In this document: positions 1-13,000 of the stretch, piece by piece | Numbering within the stretch: position 1 is the stretch's first letter | Layout: each line of letters opens with the position of its first letter | NCBI GenBank assembly: GCA_024137785.1 | Contig: JAHRHZ010000218.1 | Location: 11,818,128-11,882,127, forward strand | Source of the DNA: Ginglymostoma cirratum | Taxonomy: Eukaryota | Reading direction: 5' to 3' | DNA length: 64,000 bases | Notes under the pieces: model-generated | Told to the model about the DNA's origin: nothing | What the model saw: only the letters and a program-made list of their open reading frames with translations | Database searches by the model: none | Translations under genes and position numbers: made by a program

Positions 1-1000
1 CAGTGGGTACACACACCGAGGACAAGTTCTACTGTGGAGATGGTGGCGGCCCCTTACCCCCAGTTCAGTCCAGGATCCAGGCAGCGAATACCACCCGGGA
101 GAGGCGGCAAAGCCCAACCAGCTGGTGAGGCTCAACTCTTGGGACAGGAGCATTGGCAGCACGCCGTCCCTGCTCTGATTACGGGGTGAGTGGTGAGCGC
201 TGCACTGATTTCTTAACTTTCTTCTCCCTCGTTTATCCCTCACCGTTTCCCAATCCGTTATCCCCTGTGTATGTGTGTGTGTGTTATTTCTCTTTATTCC
301 TTCTCTCTCTCACCAAAACCACAGATAGTGCTTTAAGCCCTTCTGTCTCTGTGTCTGTGGTTCATATGTTGAGCATAAAGGCGTTCGATTGCTTATGCGC
401 GTAACAAGTTGATTAAGAAATTTTGTAAATCAAGTGGAAGCGCTTAATGAAAATGAAGTTCTAGGAAATCCGACCGGAATTAAAACTTACTTCCCCGCTA
501 CCTTCCGTAAATGTCGTTGGTGATTTCAGTAATTAATGTTAGAATTAACTACAGAAGTAACTGTTCTACAACATTGTTTCCTGTTCCTATTTCCCTGTAG
601 GAATCCGTCAGAACTGCAGACGCTGGCAGAGATGGGAGAAGTAGCTCATCAGTGTCCGTACGATGAGAACGGACACACTCTTGTGCACTGGGCAGCCCTC
701 ACCGCTTCCGTCTCGCTACTCAGGTACATGGTCGATTTGAGGCTCCCTGTGAATCTGCCCAGCCGCTCTGAACTGGAGCAGCGACCGATTCACTGGGCAG
801 CGGTCAAAGGACACGTCACTGTCACGGAGATCTTGCTGCAAGCTGGCGTTTCAGTGGATGAGAGGGATCAGAGAGGGTGCACTCCTTTAATAATTGCTTC
901 ACAACATGGACACATTGCCCTCTGTTGCTACCTGGTGGGGAAAGGAGCCAGTCTGCAGGCATGTGACAGCGAAGGTGACAATGCATTGCACTGGGCTGCA
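1..1000. promoter_or_regulatory. CpG-enriched 5' region of the gene (CpG-island-like)
   Basis: CpG is frequent here but visibly depleted in the rest of the window; the region overlaps the first two exons. Not quantified. Confidence 0.45.
40..185 (+). CDS. Ank-DHHC gene, probable first coding exon
   Basis: GAGATGG (good Kozak) at 40; open frame MVAAPYPQFSPGSRQRIPPGRGG...HAVPALITG ends at GG|GTGAGT (186), phase 2, matching the acceptor at 601. The frame is also open from position 1, so the start could lie further upstream. Confidence 0.7.
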
Positions 1001-4000
1001 TTTAAAGGTGAGATGTAACAATTTTGTTTCTGCTATGTAAATTTTGAAGGTTTCCTTTATGAATAGAACTCGTCTTGTACGCTGGAAGTAAACTGTTGTA
1101 GATCAGATTGAGTGCCAGTACGTAATGACCAATTTAATAATTCCCAGGAAGTCTCAGCAGTGCACAGCCAATTAGACAGCAGTGTCAGTAACCTCAACAG
1201 TGACCCTGGATTTGATTTTCTGGTCATTCATAATCAATAAGAAGTAATTTATTCATGTTTGTCTCACCATGACCTGTCAGCTGTGACCAGTCAGTGTCTC
1301 TCCAAATTATTTTACAGTATGATCTTCTTGCAGCCATTTAGATGTATTACTCCCGTTTTAATCTGAATTTAAAAGTAAAACCCGGATTATTTTCAGTCTA
1401 TGATACGTCATTGCACATGTTTTCAGGGTGGAGGTTCTTCTCAGAGGTTGTCTTGTAAACAACTGACACAATCTATCTTAAATCTATATCACTTAAGAAC
1501 ATACAAAGCTGGGTTGGTGGCAAATAACAGCTTGGTGACTTGCTTTCGTCAACCAGCATACAGGCTTCAGTTTGTAACTTCTGCTGACATTCAGAACTGG
1601 CCTTGCTGTGGTTGGTAGAAAGGATGTCAGATAATGAAGAAGTAGATTGACTATGCTTATACCACCAGCTGACTGGATGAGGAAAGATGAGCTTAGGGCA
1701 GGAAAGAATATTTATAAAAAGGAGCGCCAAAGTAGAAAATTAGTTCAAACTTTCATTTTAGTAGGTTTGAATCTAATCATCCTACTGATTCTGCTCAGAC
1801 GAGAGAAAACGTATTATTCATTTTAGTCATGCTGTAATGTCTGCCTTGCCAAAATTAAAATTAGTCCTAACTTCAGAGGTATGCTCGAAAATTGCTCACA
1901 TTGTTTGAAGGCAAAGAAGGGTACGTGTCTTTGGATGAAAATTGCAATGAAGTGTTGGAGTTTATACAGTGTGGCCTGTGGATTAAAAATGATCTGGGCA
2001 TTCAGACAACAGAATTAAAATAAGTTATTTGCTCTGAAGCTTCTACACGTTGATTTGATCTGTTTAAAGTTTGTGTTTTGGAAAAATGTACATTTAGTCT
2101 CATATTATTGTTGGGTAAATCTTCAATCAAGAGATTAAGATTTATTTGTATCAACAGTTTTTGCTTATATAAGTAAGTAGGGCATTAGCTTTAAACCGTG
2201 CACTGCAAATGTGCAAAATACATTGTGTTCCACACACAAAGAGCCTGCAATGAAGGGCTGGAACAAAAACAAAACAAAGATAAAATATCTGCAAGTATTA
2301 GATTCTTTCCAACAGAAAATGTTGCTGGTTTTCAAGATTTTTAATACATCTCTTGCAAACCAGGTATCAAAAACCTCCCTATTTGGTTGTAAATCATTTA
2401 TTAAGAAGTGTTGTGTCTTGGCTGATATAACTGTGTAACTTTTATCCAAAGCTTCTTTTAATTTGCACATGGACATTGCTGTAACAAGCTCAGGAAGTGA
2501 ATTACTTTTAGTGACTGAGCCACGCACAGGTTTTCTAAAAACAAAGGTGTCGATGTGTTCTTGTTTGTAAACAATGTATGATTTACAGACGTTCAACTAT
2601 GTAGCAATTCTTGAAGCTAATGCTATGGTTATCCACAATGTTTATATAAAGCATGCATTGAGTGTATTTGTATTAGTCAATTCTCATTATTTGTCTTTCA
2701 AAGCACAGAATAGGACCCATCCACATTACTTAACTAATTTCAGCTGAAAACTTCAATACTGGTTTGGGACTAAAAATAGAAACTATTTTTAGCTTGTTGA
2801 AAATATTTCATCCCTTTGCTATCTGTGAAGATGCTACTTTAAATTAGTTTGTCCATTCTTGGACTACAGTTACTTGCAGCTGTTACTTAGGTGCAAAATG
2901 AAACTGATTCATACTGCTGTTCCAATTTTAATACAACTGACTACTTTGTTATGTGGAGACAGACAGCACACAATCAACCATAGTTTAGTATGAATCATGA
3001 ATAATGTAGCAGTCTCATGTGAAGAAATACAAGGCTGGGAGATATAAAGATTTTTTTCAATTCCCATCGAACATTAATGATCCTGTCTAAGATTAGACTT
3101 CAAACACATTGTTAATGCATGCATAATAGGGGAAACTTTACTCAAACAGATGAAGTAGCTGACCTGCAAGTGCTGCAACTCTAATATGAGGAGTGCACTG
3201 AAAATTCAGTCTCATGACTCTGCAGACCATACTAAAAGTGTAAATGTCTTACTTTATCACCAAAATAATCAATTTGTTTATTACTGTTACTGAGAAAAAA
3301 AGAGACTTTAAACAAGTTTCTTCAATAAACTGAAATAATGTTTATTAAGAACACAATGTCAGAAACTATTATTGAAAAAGTTATAGCAATGCACTTCGAT
3401 AAATTGCAGGCAATCAGGCAGAGTCAATGTGGTTTTGTGAAAGGGAACTCATGTTTGACCAGTCTTTGAGGAGATGACATGTGCTGTGGGTAAAGCAGAA
3501 CCAGTGGATGTCTTGTACTTAGAAATCCAGATGACATTTGCTAAGGTACCACACCAAAGATTATTGTGGAAAGCAAAAGCTCATGTGTAGGAGGTAGCAT
3601 GTTGGTGTGAATGGAAAATGAGCTGACCAACAGGAAGCAGAGAGTAAGCATAAACGTGTCTTTTTCAATTTGGCAAGATGCAATGAGTGGTGCGTTACAG
3701 GGATTGATGCTGGGATCCCAACTGTTTACAATTTACAGAAATGACTTCAATGAAGGGATGGAAGGTATAGTTGCACATTTGTTGATGACACAAAGATAGC
3801 TAGGAAATAAAGCTGTAGAAGCAGATGATGGCCATTCAGTCCATTGAGTCCATTCCACCATTCAGTAAGATTATGGCTGCTCTGATAATACTCAACTCCT
3901 ATCTTTATAACCCCTCTAACTTTTGACTCCTTTACTGATTAAAAATCTGTCTATTTGAATCTTGAAAATGCTTAAAGACCCAGCCTCAACAGAGCTCTGT

Positions 4001-7000
4001 AGTAAAGAATTCCACAGATTCACTACACTCTGAGAGAATAAATTCCTCCTTTCCTCTGTCTTAAATGAGCCATTCTTTACTCAGAGATTCCATCCTCTAG
4101 TCCTAGACTCTCCTACAAGGGGAAGCAACTTCTCCACCCTGTCAAGGCCCCGGCAAAAATCTTATATGCTTCAAAAAGGTCACCTCTTAATTTTCTAATT
4201 TCCAATGGGTGCAAACCCAACCTACCCAACCTCCCCTCATTAGAAAATTTCTCCATACCTAGTGACCTTTATGGGACTGCCTCCAGTACCAGTATATCTT
4301 TCTCTTAGATAAGGGGCCCAAAATTGTTCATGATATTCCAGCTGTGGTCTTACTGATGCTTTGTATAGATTTACAAAGACCTCTCTAGTATTATACTCCA
4401 TTCCCATTGAAATAAAGGCCAGCATTCTACATGGCTTCCCTATTACCCAGTGAAATTGGATGCAAATGTTTTGTGATTCATGTATGAGGATCCATTGTGC
4501 GCTGCACGTTTCTGCAATTTTTCTTCATTTAAAAAATACTCAGCTCCTCTGTACTTTCTGACCTCACATAACCTCATATTTTCCCACTTTATATTCCATG
4601 TACCAAGTTTTTGTATCTATCCCTGTATTGACTCTTGTGTCATCCTCACTATTTGCCTTCCCACCAATTTTTGTGTCATCACAAATTTTACGATAATACG
4701 TTCACTACCCTCAGCCAAGTCACTAATATATATTCTAAATAATTGTGGACCTAGCTCTAATCCATGTGCCACTCCTGTCATTACAGGTTGTCATCATGAA
4801 AAACCCTCCTCCCTCCAAATCTTTGGCTGAATCTTACATTTTGTTGGCTAAGTTTAAGTTGCATCAAGATTTTCAGAGGCCTTTGTTGCTGTATCTCACA
4901 AGCTCAAATCATTAATTACCTGCCCTTCCCTTATGTTGTCACTCAAATCCGATATCTGCCCCAACTTACCACATGCCACTCTCACAACTTGCAACTCACT
5001 GGATACCCTGGAATTCAGCAACATCACTTGTACCCATACCATCTGACAATTCCATTGTGCACTCGGACAAGCAGTCAGTCCGCAGCTGCCCTGTACAACT
5101 CCTGGTATTTTCCACTGACATGGCAGACAGGGATGTTGGGCATCCTGCTTCGTAGGCAGGCTCCTGGATTTCCTAGTTTTGTCTACCACACCAGACCGTA
5201 CCAGCCTGGTCTGAGGTTGCCACCCAGGTTAAAGCAATATCAGCCACATGAAGGAATTCCCCTGCTCTGTCGGACGAAGGTCAATGTTCTTCTCCACTCT
5301 GCCAGCATAAGTACCACCACCTTCTATCTAATATGTTACACTATCTCTGCCACTGTACCCACCTCCCCCAAGGCTCACACTTCACCACTCCCACTATAGC
5401 CTGAACATCTTCCATCTAGCCCATTCCCACCCCAACCCCCAATAACACTAACCCTGCTTGCCCTCTGTGCTGCCCACTCACTTGCTTGGGACACCTCATC
5501 AAATGCATCAACAGTAAATGCTGTGCCACCCACTTTCATCTTCTGCAGTACCCGCCTCTCAATCTCATTCCATCAGGAAAACAGACCATAATGGGGCTGA
5601 AAGACTCCAAACAGTGGTGTGCTGCCCAACCTTTGACTCCTCAGCCCCAACGAGGAGAGGATTCTGACTATTATCCCACCAGATCAGTGCCTGATCTGGT
5701 ATTGGATGCTGGCTTTGACTTACTGTGCCAGGAACCCCTGTGTAAAGGCCTGCTGACAGCTATGCCAAGCTTATTGGCTCTGTGTCTCTGCTAAACAGCA
5801 CAGGAAGATAGCAGTAATGTGACCCTTATATCCCTGACTGAGAGGGCAAAGTGCAGAGATGCAATGCAAGACAGGGGTGCAGGTAGGGTCAAACTGACCG
5901 AGCATTATAACAGCAAGTGAAGAGCCCAGAAATGCAGCCTGGTGCAGTCCTTGAGCTGGGTGCATGTCCCTGAGTGCACAGTGTCTTTGCTGCAGCATTA
6001 CAGTGAGAGTTGCCAGTGCAGCATGAAATGCAGCATTGAAATTCAGGAGCATCCTGTAAGTGGATCAGAGATGTTCATGAGGGTTCTTCGAGGCTGACAC
6101 ACAGAATCGTTACAATGCAGAATGAGGCCAGTCAGCACATTGTGCCTGCACTGGTTCGATTATCTACTGCCAATCTCCTGCCTTTTGCACATTTCCGTCC
6201 ACACTGTTTCTGTCCAAATAATTTTTGATGCCCTCTTGAATGCCTCAATTGAATCTGCCTCCATCACATTCCATACTCTAACAACTTAACTGTATAAAAA
6301 AAGCTTTTTCTCATTTCACCCTTGCTTAATTTGCACATCACTTTAAATCTATACCCTCCCGTTACTTTTACAAGCAGAAACAGTTTTACTTCATTTACTG
6401 TATCCAGCTCGCATGTGATTTTGAAAACCCGAATCACATCTCCTCTCGGCCTTCTTCACTCCAGGGAGAACAGTCTCAACTTCTTCAATTTATCTTCATG
6501 CTGGAACCATTCTAGTAAATCATTTCTGCACCCTCTACTATGGATTTGCATTTTTCCTATAGTGTTGTGCCCACAACTGTGCACAATACTCCAACTAAGG
6601 TCTAACAAGTGCCTTGTACAAGTTCAACATCCCCTCCTTGCTTTGTATGCTATGGCCCTATTAACAAAACTAAGAAAGCTGTAGGCTTTATTTACTGCTC
6701 CCTCCACCTGTCCTCAGACCTTCAATGATCTGCACACACATACTCCTCGCTGTCTTTGCTCCTACACTCTCTTTAGAATTTTACCCCCTATTTTGTAATG
6801 TCTTTCAGAGTGCTTCCACTCAAAGTGCATCACCTCATACTTTGCTACATTAGCTGCCACCCAGCTAGCCACGCCACCAACATTGCAATGTCCTTTTGGA
6901 GTTCGACACTGTCTTCCCCACAGTTTACAATTTTTCAAACTTCAATGCAATCTGCAACTTGGAAATTGTCCCCTGCATACCAACATACAGATCATTAATA

Positions 7001-10000
7001 TATATCAGGAAAAGCAAGTTTGCCCATACCCCAACACCGTGACAAATCTTACTTCAGCCCAAAAAATATCCATTGACCATTACTCTCTGGTTTCTACACT
7101 CAGTCAATTTTGTATCCACGTTGCAAATGTCCCTTTTATACCATGATGTACAACTTTACTCACACGTGGGTTGTGAGGCCCTGTATTAAATGCCTTCTGG
7201 AAATCCGCATATACCACATCAAAACTATTGCCCTCATCAGCCCTTTAGGCACCCCTTCAAAAAACTCCAGCAAGTTAGTTAAACACGATTTCCCCTTTTA
7301 TAAATCCATGCTGACTCGTCCTAATCAATCCACCTTTTTTCCATGTGACTATTGATTTTATCCCAACTAAATGTTTCCAGAAGTTTCCCCCTTATTGAAG
7401 TTAACCTAACTGGTATGTAATTGCTGGGATTATTCTTACAAGCTTTTGTTGAACAAGGCCATTATGTTTGCAGTTCTCCAGACTCCTGGCACCTCCCCTG
7501 AGTCCAGAGAAGACTGAAATGTTATGGTCATTGACCCCTACACTTCCTTCAAAATCCGTGTATACATTTCTGGTTCCGGTGCCTTTTTAACTTTAATCGT
7601 GGAATCCCTACAGTGTGGAAACAGGTCCTTTGGCCCAACAAGCCCACACTGACCCTTGGAACATCCCACCCAGACCCATTCCTCTATAACCCACCTGATC
7701 TACATATCCCTGAACACTACGGGCAATTTAGCATGGCCAATCCACCTAACCTACACATCTTTGGACTGTGGGAGGAAACCGGAGCACCTGGAGGAAACTC
7801 ATGCAGACACGGGGAGAATGTGCAAACTGCACACAGACAGTTGCCCGAGGGTGGAATCGAACCCGTGTCCCTGGCGTGGTGAGGCAGCAGTGCTAACCAC
7901 TGAGCCACTGTGCCACCCTATAAGTGCCAACAATCTTTCCAAAATTTCTTCCTTATTAATCTTGATCCCTTCTAGTGAGAGTTTCTTCCTCGATGATCAT
8001 AGCTGGGCAGATTCTTCCTCTTTTATAGAGACAGATGCAAAGTATTCATTTAGTACCTTCATGTCACCTGCCTCTGATATTGAATGTCAATGTCCATGGA
8101 CATAGGGTGCATGTGGCAGATGCCCACAAAGTTTGCCCTGAAATGCTGGTGCCTCATTTCTACTGTGGAGATCATTGGGAGCAAGCGGCGAGCTGAATCA
8201 GTCAAGTCCTCACTCTGGTTTCCTTGTTGAATTTTCATACTGTCTATCTTGTTTGGCAATTTTTGCTTAGATGGGGCTGAATGTTAATGAGGTGAGTTGG
8301 ACTTATAACAAGGCATTTAACAATTAATAATGACCATCAACTGACATCTTGCCATTGCCCAGTGACAATTATACCAGACCACTGGTGAAAAGCATAAACG
8401 ATGAAGCAAGATAATCTCACTGTTGAGATGGGCCTCACTGCACTTGTCACCCAATTCTGCCACATGTCTTGCCATAGCCAACATTGCTCGGACCTCTATG
8501 AGGTTCTGCCCTCTGTCTTCTATTAGTTAACCAACTGTCTGTCCATGCTAAAATACTACCCGCAAAACCATGGGCTTTTGTCTTATTAAATAGCTTTATG
8601 TGCTGATGGAGAGGGATTTTGAAGAGGAGTCTCAGTCCTGTGTTCAGTGGCACAAATCAATCTTTATTCAGAGATCCTAACCACACAGCTTGGGAAATAT
8701 CTCTGGGACAATCTACCTTTCCCAATAAAGTACAGGAAATTTATACATTCTGCATTACAATGATTACATGCAACATTGGCATCAGGGCTTACCACCTCCC
8801 CTCTGACCATTGTACCCCTCCCTCAACATTTGCCAGCTGCATCATACTGAGTGGGTGCTGTTTATTACCTTGTAAAGCTGCCATTGTTTATTTTCCCAAG
8901 GTCATAAAGACCAGGTAATGTTTTGCAGTTTCTCTCTTACATGGCAATCTGTTTTCTGGTGTCCTTTCACAAGGTTATCTGTTTATACCCTTCATTATAT
9001 GCCATTTGGTCCTTTGTGTTTATACCATTTGTCATATACACCTCTGTCAGTGCCTCTGATCCTTGGTGTTTACACTCTTTGCCCTTCAATGAAGCCTGCT
9101 GATGGTATGAGGGCTTCTCTCTACTATCTACAGCTATTTGTCTAAAGGAATTTGGCTAAATTCCTTAACGTTAGTTTTTTTTAGTTGCACTTATAATTTC
9201 AGTATACCTGTGTGTATGATATGTAATGACAGTTTTTTAATTAACCTTTGATTATTGGGGGATCTGACTTCCCCTTCTACACTTTACTAAATAACAAGGT
9301 TTATCTTTCTCACTAATATTTCTATGAGGCACTTAATTACCTTATCTCCTTGCCATGATTCTGACTGTGGAAACTGTAGCCTCAACTAACAATTCTCTTC
9401 AGCCATCAGCAACTCCAACATATGCAGTACATAATCAAAGCCTTTTGGGACATAACAAAGCCATGAAAACGTATAAGTTAAGTATAATGTGGGAAGATGG
9501 GAATTATGCATTTTAGCACGAAGTGTAAGAAGAAGCATATTGTCAAAATGATGAGACGTTACAAAGCTCTGAGATGCAAAGGGATCTGAATGCATGTAGC
9601 TTAGTGTATTTTTTTTAAGTAACTGGGAGTATTTAGGAAAGCTAATAGAATGTTATCATTTATCACAAGGCGGGCTGAATACAAAAGAGGAGGTTATGCT
9701 TCAATTATATGGGGCATTGGTGAAACTATATCTGGAATATCTTGAAAGGTCTAGGCCCGAAATGTCAAGCTTTCCTGCTCCTATGATGCTGCTTGGCCTG
9801 CTGTGTTCATCCAGCCCCACACCTTGTTATCTTGGATTCTCCAGCATCTGCAGTACCTTTTATCACTAGAATATCTTGTGTAGTTTTGATCATTTTTTTT
9901 AACGAAGGACATAAATGCATTGGAGGCAGTTCAAAGAAGGTTTAGTAGACTAGTGTCTGTAATGGGATTATCTTATAATATAGTGTAGTGTAGGTCAGAC

Positions 10001-13000
10001 TTGCATTCATTGGATATGACTTGAGTGAAGACCATGAAGGGCCTGGACAGGGTACGTGTAGAGAGGATGTTTCCTCTTATGGAAGAATCTAGAACTAGGG
10101 GTCACTGTTTAAATATCAGGGGTTACCCATTTAAAACTGAGATTCAGTAAAAGTCCTTCTCTCAGAGGGTCATGAGTCTTTGGAACTCTTCCTGAAAAGG
10201 TGATGGAAGTGAAGACCTTAAATATTTTTAAGGCAGATGTAGATTCTTGTTAAACAGGGGGATGAAAGATTATCAGGGATAGGAGGGAATGTGGAGTTGA
10301 GATTACAATCAAATCTTATTTAATGTTGGAGCAGGCTTGAGGGGCTGAATGGCCTACTCTGCTCCAAATCATATCTTGGATATCCTGGACATAGTTACAC
10401 TTCCCTAGTGATACTTTGCTGTGTTACCCTTGATATGGAAATCTTTGATTGTTCAATTTACAAAGAAGCTAGGGTAGATATTTATTTGTGGCTTGTTCAA
10501 CGAAAACTGATTGATATGTGATCATGTCTCAATCACAAATTTTACCATTTTGCCATCTACATTTACTTATTCCTCATGTATATCTGAACATGTCAGACGA
10601 ATCTAACTTTGTAATCCCTGGTACCAGAGAAATATTTAATCTGCTGTACAGTGAGCTTCAATACCAGGGATCTCTCTTCCGATCAAAGTTATGGGTACTC
10701 CACCAGGCACAGATTTTGCTTCAACAGCAAGTCTATAATATGCATATATTTGACAAGGGACAAATGGTTGCAAGGTCTAATATCTTTCTCACATTTCCTG
10801 TAGAATGAAAACCTGTAGTCTTTTTATGAGAGGGACCACTTGTTTGCAGTGGCCGCACATATAAAAATCCATTTGTGCATCAGAGGTCTTCATATCAGCC
10901 ATAGGGCCTTCCTGAGCAGAAAGGGGGTTATTTTGACCAAGGGGTGAAATTATGTGTTAACTGAATGATGTGATATGTCGTGCCTACTTAAAGGATGGTT
11001 TTGACAAGTAATTTTGCTTCTAAATCCTGATTAATGGAATGTGAACTTGCTGACAGGTACTAAACTAGACACCTGCAAATTTAGTCCCAAAGTGTTGATT
11101 ATACACAATTTTCACAGAGTAATATATGTGAGCTTCCAGCAGCTACTTCCACAGAAGGTATAGAGTGTCCTGGCTGACACACAGCAACATACTGGAGGAT
11201 GGCTCAGGAATTTAAAGGAGACGGCACACAGGTTCTTGAATACGGCACTGGTAGTACTGCTAGTGGGGCTCCAAAACAGAATTCCTGTACCTGAGATTGG
11301 CATCTTGCCTTCCTTACCATCTATCCTGGAGGTTGCAGAATTCTCTTGGTGACTCCTATAAAGTGTTCAATAAAATACAGGACCACAGAGCATGCATCTT
11401 TTTCAGCCACTTCCAAGAGAATTTGGAATTCTAACTGTTGTTAGAATGTCAGCGACGTTTGAGAAAGTGTCCCAAGAAGTCTGCTAATGTTTTTCATCCC
11501 TAATCACAGAATTCCTACAGTGTGGTAAGAGGCCATTCGGCCCATCAATCCCGCACCAACCCTCCAAACATCATCCCACCCAGACCCCCCAACCTATCCC
11601 CATTACTCCATATTTACTACCCCACGTAAACCACCTAGCCTGCAAATTCCTGGTTGTCAATTTAGCATGGCCAATGCACCTAGCCTGTATGTCTTTGGAC
11701 TGTGGGAGAACACCAGAGAAAAACCATGCAGACATGGGGAGAGCAGGCAAACTCCACAGTCACCCGAGGCTGGAATCAAACCAGGGTCCCTGGCACTATG
11801 CGGTAGCAGTGCTAACCACTAAGCCTTTTAAGTGGTGCTTGAAATTCAGCTGCTGGTTGCTATTAGGAGAGAGTAATATGTGAAGCCACTAGCCACTAAA
11901 GCTCTGCACAGCTTCCTTAATTGGGGCATTAATGTATGTCAAATAGTAATCATCCCCTTAGCAAGTTTACAGATGGCTATTCCTAGTGCAGGCTCCAAGT
12001 CATTACTAAGGTGGTGTCTTGTGTTAAACAAAGGCTAACCTGCATGCTAGCTCAAGGTCCCACCTTGGACATTATTATTATATATTATGGCTTTTTATAG
12101 ATTCTGAAACACACCACCAAAAATTTCCTCAAAAGTGTTTATGCTCAATCATTGTTCGGGGGGATGGGCTTAGATTAGTTCACAGGTCGGCGCAACATCG
12201 AGGGCCGAAGGGCCTGTTCTGCGCTGTATTGTTCTATGTTGTATGTTCTAGTTATTAAACTATGTTCTTCTCACTAGGAAACTTATCCTTTTATAGCAAA
12301 CTAGAACCCTTTAATATCACGTGCCTTGATTTATTTTGCACTCTGCAGTCAATACAATTTAGCTACTAGCTGAACTCTTAGGGCAAATTTTTACTCTTAT
12401 GAGTTATAGGAACAGGCGTATGCCATTCAGCCCATGGAACCTGTTTTACTAATTAATGATGTCATTTGCTGATATGTGTCCTAACTCCATATATCTGCCT
12501 TTGGGCCACATCCTGTAATAGCCTTACTTAAAAAAATTAATCTATCTCAGATCCAGAATTAACAACATCACCCACTGTTTTCGGAAGAGAGTTTGAAATC
12601 TCTACCACCCTTTGTGTGTACAAGTAATTCCTAACATCTCTCCTGAACAGTCTGGCCCTAAGTCTCAGACTATGTCTCCTAGTTCCAGAATCTCCAACTA
12701 GGAAATTGTTTATCTTTATCTACCCTGTTTTTTTTTTCCTGTTAACATCTTAAAAGCTTCGATCAGATCGCCCCTTAACCTTCTGAATTCTAGGGCAAAC
12801 AGGCTTAATGTTTATAATCTGTCCTCATAATGTGACCCCTGAAGTTCACGTATTGCTCTTGTCAACCTACATTATACTCCCTTCAAGGCCAACACGTCAT
12901 TCTTGAAGTGTGGTGCCCAGATCTGCTCACAGTATTCCAAATGGAGTCTAACCAGAGTTTTGCATAACTTCTGCATCTTTATGCTCCAGTCCTCTAAATA

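Noticed and set aside
536-1018. 160-aa ORF as a standalone ankyrin protein
   Set aside because: Its first 21 codons are intron/polypyrimidine tract and it stops just after a GTGAG donor; it is an exon (601-1007) of the spliced gene.
7840-7918. tRNA gene candidates (also near 11760-11824, 46503-46570, 58180-58243, 61300-61368)
   Set aside because: A/B boxes continue into SINE bodies and no complete cloverleaf is evident; these are SINE heads.
10560-10900. Possible Gypsy protease/RT-start relic on the minus strand
   Set aside because: Too decayed; no diagnostic motif could be read with confidence.
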